From Capsulimonadaceae bacterium (lineage in GTDB: Bacteria > Armatimonadota > Armatimonadia > Armatimonadales > Capsulimonadaceae), in assembly GCA_965215505.1 (NCBI GenBank), contig OZ244065.1, positions 5,184,001-5,248,000 of the forward strand: a stretch of DNA of 64,000 bases, read 5' to 3'. Positions 1 through 8,128 of the stretch are shown here, piece by piece. Made by a program: the position numbers and the translations under genes. The notes under the pieces were generated by a model. That model saw only the letters and a program-made list of their open reading frames with translations, had not been told where the DNA came from and did not search any database. The first letter of the stretch is position 1. Each line of letters opens with the position of its first letter.

Positions 1-1251
1 CTGCTGGCGACGCTCAACCCGACCTGCCCCGTCCACGCCTTCTCCCTCATCACCCGCGTCTCGAATGCCGACGACGCCGTCGAGGAGCCGGAATATTGGA
101 CGCAGTGGGGGACGAAGTTTTACCGCTACGCCCGGCTGGCGCATCAGGCCGAGCGCGAAGAACTGGAAGACGCGGACGAGCTGGCGCGGCTCGACGAGAT
201 GCTGCCGCCCGACCTCAAAGCGGACTGGCTGACGCGCCGCCTGCGGAACCACACGGTCAACCTGGGCCTGCTGGACATGGCCGGGCGCGGGCAGATCACG
301 TCCCTGCGCCTGACCTCCGACGACACCAGCCCCCTCGGCTTCCCTTCGCGCGAGCGGGACTGGCTGCGCGGCTGGCCCCGGCTGATCGGCCCCGCCCTTG
401 CCGACCGCGTGATGATGCATCCTGGCGCGGACGAGGTCGGCTCCGCCCTGCTGTCCAAGCTGCTCCTGGAGCGGGCCGGCGGGACGCCGCGCGTCGGCAT
501 CCTCTACAGCCACCCCGGCGATGATACCCTCGTCGCCCCCTATGAAGACCGCCCCGTGCGCGAGACGGTGGAGGGTCAGATCCGCGCCTGCGGGTGTGAA
601 GTCGCCGATACGACCGATGGCTGCGACTTCCTCCTCGGCGTCGCCACCCCCTCGCCCCGCCGCACCGACTTCCGCCCGGAGTACGAGGCCGAAGACCGGT
701 TGCAGCGAACGCCTGTCTATCACGCCTTCCTTGCCCAACTGGCCGCGTGGCAGGAACGCGGCGTCCCCGTCGCCCTCGCCGATGTCGCCTACCCCAACGG
801 CTCCGACTCGCTCCTGACCGCCCTGCTGCTGGCCCCCGACGCGCCGCTCGCGCCGAGCCGCCTAGCCGCCTACGGTGCCTGGAACACAGCAGGCAACACG
901 TTAGGCGTCGTCGTCGCCCAGGCCGCCTGCTCCCTCCTGATGGGAGACGACCCCGCCCGCGCCCAGGCCCAGCGCATCTTCCTGGCCCATCGCTTCCTGG
1001 AAGACTGGGGCTACCAGACCGTCACCCGCCGCGAGGCCCGCGCCGAGTCCGAACGCCTGTGGAACCGCCGCGACCCCGACCCGGACGACCCCGCGCACCA
1101 ATCCGCCCTCAGCGCCTTCATCGAAAGCCGCCTCGCCGCCCGCCTCCTCGACCTCCAGGCGCGCGGCATCGGCACGGGCCTGCGCCTGACGCCGGAAAGC
1201 ACCCGCCTCCCCTGGCGACGGACATTCGAGGTGGATTTTCGGCTGGAATGA
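1..1251 (+). CDS. DUF4127 family protein, 5'-truncated by window edge
   Basis: Frame of ORF 199..1251 is open from base 1 (LLATLNPTCPVHAFSLITR...EEPEYW). Motifs HPGADEVG, ADVAYPNG, YGAWNTAGNTLG and C-terminal LPWRRTFEV are typical of DUF4127. Confidence 0.8.
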   Translation: MLATLNPTCPVHAFSLITRVSNADDAVEEPEYWTQWGTKFYRYARLAHQAEREELEDADELARLDEMLPPDLKADWLTRRLRNHTVNLGLLDMAGRGQITSLRLTSDDTSPLGFPSRERDWLRGWPRLIGPALADRVMMHPGADEVGSALLSKLLLERAGGTPRVGILYSHPGDDTLVAPYEDRPVRETVEGQIRACGCEVADTTDGCDFLLGVATPSPRRTDFRPEYEAEDRLQRTPVYHAFLAQLAAWQERGVPVALADVAYPNGSDSLLTALLLAPDAPLAPSRLAAYGAWNTAGNTLGVVVAQAACSLLMGDDPARAQAQRIFLAHRFLEDWGYQTVTRREARAESERLWNRRDPDPDDPAHQSALSAFIESRLAARLLDLQARGIGTGLRLTPESTRLPWRRTFEVDFRLE

Positions 1252-1254
1252 CAA

Positions 1255-1292
1255 AAACGGCTGGCCCTCGCGTTTGCGAGGGTCAGCCATTT
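1255..1292. terminator. Hairpin terminator between convergent genes
   Basis: ggctggccctcgc-gttt-gcgagggtcagcc stem flanked by an A-run and attt. Confidence 0.65.
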
Positions 1293-1293
1293 C

Positions 1294-1320
1294 AGAATGG
1301 ACGGTTATAGGTAATCGGAC
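1294..1320 (-). repeat. Degenerate copy of tRNA-Val 3' end (putative att site)
   Basis: agaatggacggttataggtaatcggac aligns with agaatggacagt-acagg-attcgaac at 4498-4522 and lies at the GC-content boundary. Confidence 0.55.
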
Positions 1321-1355
1321 GGCACATGCTGGGGGCGGTGATTAAATTCCTAGAG

Positions 1356-3149
1356 CTAAAATCGTATACCGAGAAGGCCACCTTGCTCAGTATCATCTGT
1401 AAGGGTTAAGCGAACGTATTCCTTGAAATCAAAATCAGGTGAAAACTCTCCCCAGGGAACATTATCTGAGTTCAGAGTGCAAATATATTGGAATGATTGG
1501 TCCGATGAGGTACTGGCCGCTAGTTCTAAAGCGTTTTTAACCTGCCGCTCGTCCACACCATCGAAAATGATGCTATCGTGAATGAGGAATCTAGGCGATT
1601 TCGGCTTTGCTGCCCAAAGTTCAGCAAGCATCAGATCGTAGCAAAAAACTTTCATGTTGCCAATGCCGTCGCTACCATCTCGCTTGATGATAACGTCAAA
1701 TTTGAAGCCGACTGCGGTCACATCGATGATCAGAGTGCCTTGTACGTCATAGATCATCTCCGAGTTGGAATTAAATACTGCGATAGCTCGCTGGCGCTGT
1801 GCAAGGCGCTCATCATAGTCGTCTCGCATCCTTTGTTGAAGTTGCTCTAATTCGATCCTGAACTGGCTCTTACGTTGCTCAAGTCCACGGATGGCACTGA
1901 TCTGAACCTCCAAAATGTTTAGGCTTGTCTGCGCGTCGAGAAACAACTTTTGGAGGCGTGTATACTCTTCTAGCGCGCCATGCGTTCTCAGTATTTCCAT
2001 GTTGAACGCGCGGTTCGTACTCTTCGATTCAATCTCGCGCGTTCTGTTTGCGACCTGGCGTTCCAGTCGCTCGATCTCGGCGGCCAAGAAGTTCTTCCTA
2101 TTTCTGACAACCTGCCGATGAAACTCCTGAACGTCCTCGAGCCTACGTTGTACGATCTGCGGGAAGGTAATACCTGCCTCTTCATAAAGACGTGCTAACT
2201 GTGCTATGTCTAGTTCAGCCTCATCATCAGCAGAACGGTAGAGATCAGCAACCTGAGTATCTGCAACGTTGGCATTGATGAGGGAATGAATTTCTTCCGT
2301 GAGCCGATCTACTAGGATGTTGATGTCCCGATAGCGTAGATGAACCTGGAAACTATCAAGTGCCTTCTCTTCCTGAAAAAGCTTCTGTTGGAGTTGGACT
2401 CGATTGGCTTCTAGTTGGCCCAGTAGTCTTCTTGGGTTTCCTTGAAGCTGACTCGCGAGAAGGCGAGTGCGTTGTTCAAGGTCAGCCTTTTCGTCTTTCT
2501 TCTCCTGGAGATCACTCGCATCCTCCCAGGCAAGCTCGAGAAGAAAGGCGTTATTGACTTGTTTGTCCCATTCTAGTTGCTTGCGGTGTTGTTCAAACGG
2601 GATTGTATATGAATCTTTCCCTAGCCTGATAAAATAAGAGATCAGGCTGCGGAAGGTTGGCTGGTAGGTGCGTGAACTATCTGGGTGAAGGCCGAAAAGA
2701 ATCTTCCCTAAGAACTCTCTCCAATCTTCGATAGAGAGAGTGTTTTGGCCTGGGTCTATCCCATTGAGGCTCCCCTGTCCCCCCACGAAATTATCCTCAA
2801 GATCATCAGGCGCAGAGTCAACTTCGGCTGTCTTGTAGTTGAACGGGCTGGTCACGGTCACGGTCTTAGCATCATCTGTACGCCGCGAAACCACAAGAGT
2901 TTCGCCCTGAATAATCATCTCTAATGTGTATGTCCAGCCGAGAACCTTTATTGAAAATATGCCACCGTCTTTTCGGGTAGCTCCGCCTAAACAGAAGTGA
3001 ATGATTTCAATCAGGGTTGATTTCCCCAAGCCGTTGCGTGAGTCTTTTTCTGTAGACGTATCTGCACGCTCGGCAAGAATCACGTTCAGGCCGCTAGTAA
3101 ATTCGACATCCTGGAAGCTTTCCTGGTCGCAACGAACCGCTTTAATCAT
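1356..3149 (-). CDS. lmuB: ABC-three-component/Lamassu SMC-like ABC ATPase (DUF2326, LmuB-like)
   Basis: Walker A RNGLGKST, long coiled coil, signature region GSDGIGNMKVFCYDL, Walker B/D-loop FLIHDSIIFDGVDERQ, C-terminus LLGIRF. Confidence 0.85.
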   Translation of the reverse strand: MIKAVRCDQESFQDVEFTSGLNVILAERADTSTEKDSRNGLGKSTLIEIIHFCLGGATRKDGGIFSIKVLGWTYTLEMIIQGETLVVSRRTDDAKTVTVTSPFNYKTAEVDSAPDDLEDNFVGGQGSLNGIDPGQNTLSIEDWREFLGKILFGLHPDSSRTYQPTFRSLISYFIRLGKDSYTIPFEQHRKQLEWDKQVNNAFLLELAWEDASDLQEKKDEKADLEQRTRLLASQLQGNPRRLLGQLEANRVQLQQKLFQEEKALDSFQVHLRYRDINILVDRLTEEIHSLINANVADTQVADLYRSADDEAELDIAQLARLYEEAGITFPQIVQRRLEDVQEFHRQVVRNRKNFLAAEIERLERQVANRTREIESKSTNRAFNMEILRTHGALEEYTRLQKLFLDAQTSLNILEVQISAIRGLEQRKSQFRIELEQLQQRMRDDYDERLAQRQRAIAVFNSNSEMIYDVQGTLIIDVTAVGFKFDVIIKRDGSDGIGNMKVFCYDLMLAELWAAKPKSPRFLIHDSIIFDGVDERQVKNALELAASTSSDQSFQYICTLNSDNVPWGEFSPDFDFKEYVRLTLTDDTEQGGLLGIRF

Positions 3150-3155
3150 TTTGCT

Positions 3156-3386
3156 CTAGCATTGCTGTTGCCTCACCACCAGCCCATCCTCTAGTGTGAT
3201 AGCGTTCATAGTGTAAAGGAAATCAAGGACCAAGACGAAACGCTGGAATGTCCCGATTTCAGGTATGGTACGAACCTCATTCCAAAGACCAACGACAGTT
3301 TTAGGTTTCGCGAGCCTTCTGAGAATCAACGCACCAATTCCAAGAAATGACCGTTCGAGAGGAATATGTTTGGTCGGCAGGATCAA
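3156..3386 (-). CDS. lmuC: ABC-three-component middle component (MC6-like, LmuC-like)
   Basis: 76 aa, MILPTKHIPLERSFLGIGALIL...FQRFVLVLDFLY; sits between effector and ATPase. Confidence 0.8.
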   Translation of the reverse strand: MILPTKHIPLERSFLGIGALILRRLAKPKTVVGLWNEVRTIPEIGTFQRFVLVLDFLYTMNAITLEDGLVVRQQQC

Positions 3387-4129
3387 TGCTCAAATACCTC
3401 ACACTTCTGGAACAGATAAGCTAGGATGGACAATGCGGCAGCCTGTTTCATTATATCCACGCTACCCTGGCTGGCGAAAGTTCGGAGAGCGGAAAAGAGG
3501 GCGTCGCCTGTAAAACCATCCGCGCGGAGTTTATTATACTGCTCAACAAACCCGGCCTTCAATCGTTCTGGAAAATCATCATCGATCACAACCATGTGGT
3601 CGATGAATTTCTGAACTTCAGGCTGCTTTCCGTATCCTATTTTGAACTCGTTCAGTATTGCTGAACTCAAATCGTTCTTACTCATCTTAGCCTCGGGCGT
3701 CAGAACCATGAAGTCCTCTGTAGGGTTATGGGGTTTTCCGAGGATGAATCTTGAAACCGTCTCAAGCTCGGTGAAACCGACAGCAAGCATTCCCTTATTA
3801 AGTTCAGCGTGTACCCAGGTTTCGTGGTTAAACTTGATCTCTAGCAGACTTTCAACGGTGTAAGTGCTTTCCTGCTTGTCAATCAAAGGATGGCATCTGC
3901 CGCAGACATACATGAGATTTGGATACAAGTTGCGCTCTGCGGCGGGTTGTAAGGAATCATAGCGGGCTGAATCTGGCTTCTCCCCTTTAATGTGGGCGAT
4001 ATAGCCTAAGTTCTGGACCGCATCAAGAGCAGTGGCATCCTCTGTCAAAGGCGCTCTGCATCTAGCACAGAAACCACCGCTTCTCATTGCTAGGATGTTC
4101 TGTTGCTTGATAGCAATCGTGCTACTCAT
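3383..4129 (-). CDS. lmuA: HNH endonuclease fused to ABC-3C C-terminal domain (LmuA-like effector)
   Basis: RSGGFCARC...IAHIKG...RYD...NLMYVCGRCHPLID HNH core; C-terminal ILAYLFQKCEVFE; 4-nt overlap with the next gene. Confidence 0.8.
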   Translation of the reverse strand: MSSTIAIKQQNILAMRSGGFCARCRAPLTEDATALDAVQNLGYIAHIKGEKPDSARYDSLQPAAERNLYPNLMYVCGRCHPLIDKQESTYTVESLLEIKFNHETWVHAELNKGMLAVGFTELETVSRFILGKPHNPTEDFMVLTPEAKMSKNDLSSAILNEFKIGYGKQPEVQKFIDHMVVIDDDFPERLKAGFVEQYNKLRADGFTGDALFSALRTFASQGSVDIMKQAAALSILAYLFQKCEVFEH

Positions 4130-4501
4130 CAGTTATTCAACGCTATATTTGTGAAGTTGATCTTGTAGATGTGTTCACAAGGCTAATGTTGCGTCGCTCC
4201 TCTATTCTACCGCAGAACTGGACAAAATCAGCGCACAAATATATACCATTTTATTGTTAATCGAACACAAATTTGGTGGAGATTTTCGGGGCCAAATCGC
4301 CAAACACAATCCAACTCAGCAAAGAAGCACAAGATGGTATCACCACTTCTTTAACGGTTTCAATGAGACTGGCGCGGTGCTGCATGTTTGCCTCATGTTT
4401 CTGCCACCTACTGAACAGTAAAGAGATGAAAGGGATGGGGACACAAAAGAGGAAGAAATCAAAGTCGGGAGCAGACTGGGCTACCCTGGTTTGGGGAAGA
4501 A

Positions 4502-4573
<72 letters not shown>

Positions 4574-4589
4574 ATGAGGAGACAGCGTT

Positions 4590-4618
4590 ATTATACTGCC
4601 TCCGTTACGTTCTGTCAA
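4590..4618 (-). promoter_or_regulatory. Consensus sigma70 promoter of tRNA-Val
   Basis: TTGACA-17 nt-TATAAT on the minus strand. Confidence 0.9.
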
Positions 4619-4633
4619 GCGCCGGGCCGGAAC

Positions 4634-5140
4634 TCAGAGGGTGTGCGCTTTCGTCGCCGGGGCGGCGGGGCGCGGGGTGCGGTGTAGCCAGCGATGGGGC
4701 GTCGGCGCTGCCGCCGTGTCGGGGGCGGGTCGGAGGACGGGCAGCGGGTCGGACAGGGCCAGAAGGCCGCCGAGCGAGTCTACCGGTTTGCCTTGGACCA
4801 GAAGCTGGACGCGGCTGATGGTGGGGAACTTGCCCAGGGTGCCGAGGATGGCGTTCACGGTGCGCGTCTCGCCGCTGTCGCCGCCGGTGAAGTTGTCGCG
4901 CAGCTCGCGGGAGAAGTTCGCCGTGGCGAGGCCGTCGGCGATGCGGACGGAGAGAAGCTTGGTCCCTGTCGGCAGGGGGCTGTCGGGCCGGGCGGCGAGG
5001 GCGTTCAGGGCGTCCTGCGCCGGGGCGGGCGCGGCGGCGGTCGCCGGGGCGGAAACGGGAGCGGCCCCGGCGGGCACGGTTAGAAGCAGCGGCCCGGTCA
5101 GCAGGGACAGGGCGGCGAGTGACTTGGTCCAGACGTTCAT
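4634..5140 (-). CDS. GerMN domain secreted protein
   Basis: Signal peptide, then LPTGTKLLSVRIADGLATANFS...ILGTLGKFPTISRVQLLVQGK. Confidence 0.8.
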   Translation of the reverse strand: MNVWTKSLAALSLLTGPLLLTVPAGAAPVSAPATAAAPAPAQDALNALAARPDSPLPTGTKLLSVRIADGLATANFSRELRDNFTGGDSGETRTVNAILGTLGKFPTISRVQLLVQGKPVDSLGGLLALSDPLPVLRPAPDTAAAPTPHRWLHRTPRPAAPATKAHTL

Positions 5141-5230
5141 CTTGATTTCCTCCCATCGCGAACGAACACGGCGATTGAATCGGAACCGTCAAGCGTATCT
5201 GGTTCAGTGTTACCCCCTGCCCAAGAAACG

Positions 5231-5270
5231 GAAACGCCCGCCGGTCCTGTGCAGGACCGGCGGGCGTTTC
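5231..5270 (-). terminator. Strong hairpin terminator
   Basis: gaaacgcccgccggtcctg-tg-caggaccggcgggcgtttc perfect inverted repeat. Confidence 0.7.
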
Positions 5271-5283
5271 CGGCTGGCGCGTT

Positions 5284-5628
5284 CTACTTGGGCAGGCGCT
5301 TCAGGTCGCCCTTGGGCGTGATGACGGTGTCGTGCCGCTTGGTGCCGTTCTTGCGGCGCTCGACCGAGTTCTGGCCGGTCACGCGGTGGGCGTTCACGCT
5401 CACATTGGCGGCGTTCTTGCGGACGCCGTACTGCGTGTCTTTGGCGGCCTTCTTGATGCTCTTGTTGACGACCTTGGAACTCGGGCCGGCGTTGTGTGCG
5501 ATCTTCTTGAAGGGGTAGGCGATGGCGTTGCCGGCCTTGGCGGCGGCGTTCTGGGCCTGGGCGGCGGGTCCGGCCAGCGTGAGCAGGGCGACGGCAGCGA
5601 TGCCGAGCCGGGCAGTAAAAGTGTTCAT
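5284..5628 (-). CDS. Hypothetical secreted basic protein
   Basis: Signal-peptide-like N-terminus, Lys/Ala-rich, host-like codon usage, coupled to the upstream deaminase. Confidence 0.65.
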   Translation of the reverse strand: MNTFTARLGIAAVALLTLAGPAAQAQNAAAKAGNAIAYPFKKIAHNAGPSSKVVNKSIKKAAKDTQYGVRKNAANVSVNAHRVTGQNSVERRKNGTKRHDTVITPKGDLKRLPK

Positions 5629-6680
5629 CAGATAGGTTCTCCTCTAGGGCCTCCCGCCGAGGGCGGGGGTGGTTGTATGAGCTGGTCGAGCAGGACGCGC
5701 GGCGGGTGCGGGTGCGGCCAGGCGAAGGCGTGGCGGAACGCGGCATCCTGACAGGCGGCGAGCTGGGTGAAATCGATCACGTCCTGCGTCAGCAGGTTTT
5801 CGAATTCCCAGGGCAGCCGGACGTTATGCAGGCCCGCGTTGTCGGTGCAGATCACCACGTCCACCCCCGCCGCCTCGCAGCGCTCGAACACCGTCCTCAG
5901 CGTTGACAGGTCCGATAAAGTTCCCGTTTTGAGGTAAGTCGTCGGGCAGACCTCCAGGCACTGGCCGCGTGACGCCACCTCGGGCAGCAGGTGGGGGAAT
6001 CGCAGCGCGATCTGGATGCCGTGCCCGATGCGCGACAGGTATGGCAGCAGGGCCGGGTGGCAGCCGTCGGACGTCTCGTACAGGTGCCCCGTCGTGTTGA
6101 TCCCCCGCTCCCGCGCGGACCGGAACAGGCCCACCCACTCCTCCAGCCGGTCGGCGTAGTAGATGTCCGGCCCGGCAAGGTCCACGCCGCAGACATATTG
6201 GGGCAGGCTCTCGGCCAGGTCCAGCGTCGCCCGGTTGACTTCATAGGGAAGCTGCGAGTGCATGCACAGGATCTGGCGCATCAGCAATGGGTAGCGCGGG
6301 TCGTGCCCGGCCTCGCCGACGGCAATCACCACGTCGCGCATCTGCGCGATCTTGTCGGCTTGGGACAGGGCCGCGTCGGTGCGGTAATAGGGGGTGTGGC
6401 GCAGCTCCAGATAGCAGATGCCCTCAAAGACATACGCGCCCCGGACCAGCTTGGAGACGAAGTAGGGCAGCGTCTCCAGTGTCTGGAACGGCTCGACCAG
6501 GGCGTGCAGCTCCAGGTACTCGGCCAGCGAGGCGCGGGGCCGGGTGACGAAAGCCTCGAAGCTTTCATACTCCGGGAACTCGGCGGCCAGCGGGTGCCCG
6601 TTGCGGATGAGGTAGCGCCAGAAGACGCGCGGGACGACCGCGCCGCCCAGGTGTCGGTGGAGTTCGGCGTAGAGTGACAT
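5628..6680 (-). CDS. add: Adenosine deaminase family protein
   Basis: ELHRHLGG, GVDLAG, GHLYET, RIGHG, LEVCP, CTDN metal-binding motifs; start placed at MSLYAELH. Confidence 0.8.
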   Translation of the reverse strand: MSLYAELHRHLGGAVVPRVFWRYLIRNGHPLAAEFPEYESFEAFVTRPRASLAEYLELHALVEPFQTLETLPYFVSKLVRGAYVFEGICYLELRHTPYYRTDAALSQADKIAQMRDVVIAVGEAGHDPRYPLLMRQILCMHSQLPYEVNRATLDLAESLPQYVCGVDLAGPDIYYADRLEEWVGLFRSARERGINTTGHLYETSDGCHPALLPYLSRIGHGIQIALRFPHLLPEVASRGQCLEVCPTTYLKTGTLSDLSTLRTVFERCEAAGVDVVICTDNAGLHNVRLPWEFENLLTQDVIDFTQLAACQDAAFRHAFAWPHPHPPRVLLDQLIQPPPPSAGGPRGEPI

Positions 6681-6896
6681 AGAGGGAGTATACCCGCCGC
6701 GCTCAGACAGGGGCGCGCAACGGGAACTTTTAGGCGTCCGCCGCCGCTCCTTGCCTCGGTTGTGGGGCATGAAAAACAATCACGCCGGGCGTGAACAATC
6801 GCGATTTATTTGCGTCAATCGCAGCACAGCAGGGAATTGAGCGCTCGATTACCTGCCTTCGGAAAACACACAAACGACACAGAAAGAACCAGAACC

Positions 6897-7190
6897 ATGA
6901 ACATAGCAAAGATCACGGCGACTTTCGCCGCCGTCGCCGGCCTCGGAGCCGCCGGCTTCGCCTTCTCGCAGCCCAGCCCCGCGCAGACGCCTCCCGCCCC
7001 GCCGACCGCCCCCGCGCCGGCCCGCGAGCGCCACCCGGAACTGCGCCGCGCGCTCGCCACCCTGGAGCGGACCGAAACCCAACTCCGCAAGTCCGCCCGT
7101 GACTTCGGCGGCCACCGCTCGAAGGCGGCTGACCTGTGCCATCAGGCCCAGGGAGAGGTCAAACTGGCCCTGCAATACGACAAGGGCTAG
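6897..7190 (+). CDS. Small secreted helical hypothetical protein
   Basis: Signal peptide, Pro-rich linker, ERHPELRRA...DFGGHRSKA; terminator follows. Confidence 0.65.
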   Translation: MNIAKITATFAAVAGLGAAGFAFSQPSPAQTPPAPPTAPAPARERHPELRRALATLERTETQLRKSARDFGGHRSKAADLCHQAQGEVKLALQYDKG

Positions 7191-7204
7191 ATGGGGAACA
7201 AACA

Positions 7205-7247
7205 AAAGCCGCGCCGGACCCAAAGGTCCGGCGCGGCTTTCTTTTTC
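7205..7247. terminator. Bidirectional terminator
   Basis: aaaagccgcgccggacc-caaa-ggtccggcgcggctttcttttt between convergent genes. Confidence 0.8.
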
Positions 7248-7248
7248 T

Positions 7249-7929
7249 CTAGGGGGTTCGTTCTTCGACGCGCCCGTCGGCGTAGCCGATGATGAGGCGT
7301 TGGCACAGCCCGACGAACAGGCCGGACTCGACCACGCCGACGATGGCTCTCAGGCGCGCTTCAAGCGTGTCGGGGGAGGGCAGGGGGGCACCGAAGGCCA
7401 TGTCCAGGATGTACAGGCCGTCGTCGTTCAGGAAAGGTTCACCGGAAGGCAGCGGGCGGCGCAGGGCCGGGACGCCGAAGCCTGACTCAAGCCGCGCCTG
7501 CGTCCACTGCCAGGCGAAGGGGAGGATGGCGACCGGCAGCGGGTGCGCGCCCAAAGCCGCCTTGACCTTGCCCTCGTCCACGATGATGATCTCGGCATCG
7601 GTCGCCGCCGCCACGATCTTCTCGCGGACCAATGCGCCGCCGCCGCCCTTGATCAGCCGGAACTCGGGGTCCACTTCGTCCGCGCCGTCAATGGTGATGT
7701 CGAAGCGCGAGACGCCTGCGGCCTCCACGAACCCCAGCCCATAGGAGCGGCCGAGTTCCTCGGACTCGCGCGAAGTGGCGACGCAGCGCAGGGACAGCGG
7801 CTCCGCCTGGAAGCGTCGGCCCAGGGCGTGGATCGCCAGGGCCGCCGTGCTGCCCGTCCCCAGGCCCACCGTCATGCCGTCCTTGATGTGGGACACGGCC
7901 CGCTCGGCGGCGATCTGTTTAGGATTCAC
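7249..7929 (-). CDS. rpiA: Ribose-5-phosphate isomerase A
   Basis: GLGTGST, DGADEVD, IKGGGGALVREKIVA, GVVESGLF. Confidence 0.97.
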   Translation of the reverse strand: MNPKQIAAERAVSHIKDGMTVGLGTGSTAALAIHALGRRFQAEPLSLRCVATSRESEELGRSYGLGFVEAAGVSRFDITIDGADEVDPEFRLIKGGGGALVREKIVAAATDAEIIIVDEGKVKAALGAHPLPVAILPFAWQWTQARLESGFGVPALRRPLPSGEPFLNDDGLYILDMAFGAPLPSPDTLEARLRAIVGVVESGLFVGLCQRLIIGYADGRVEERTP

Positions 7930-7950
7930 AGTGTCTCACTTTGACATAAG

Positions 7951-7978
7951 AAAAGGCAAGGAACGGATATTCCTTGCC
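7951..7978 (-). terminator. Terminator after tRNA-Leu
   Basis: ggcaaggaa-cggata-ttccttgcc hairpin followed by a U-run on the minus strand. Confidence 0.6.
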
Positions 7979-7995
7979 CTCATTTGCTCTTCCAA

Positions 7996-8078
7996 TGCCC
8001 GGAAAGAGACTCGAACTCTTACAGGGTTGCCCCCATAACGACCTCAACGTTACGCGTATACCATTTCGCCACCCGGGC
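7996..8078 (-). tRNA. tRNA-Leu (anticodon GAG), CCA not encoded
   Basis: GCCCGGGTGGCGAAATGGTATACGCGTAACGTT-GAG-GTCGTTATGGGGCAACCCTGTAAGAGTTCGAGTCTCTTTCCGGGCA with long variable arm. Confidence 0.93.
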
Positions 8079-8091
8079 AGTTACGGAGGCT

Positions 8092-8120
8092 ATTATACCG
8101 CCCGGCTCGGGGGATGTCAA
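8092..8120 (-). promoter_or_regulatory. Consensus sigma70 promoter of tRNA-Leu
   Basis: TTGACA-17 nt-TATAAT. Confidence 0.9.
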
Positions 8121-8128
8121 GTGAAGTG

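Noticed and set aside
4228-4261. dif-like sequence (gcgcacaa...ttattgttaa)
   Set aside because: Arms are degenerate and too far apart for the 6-bp spacer of a dif site.
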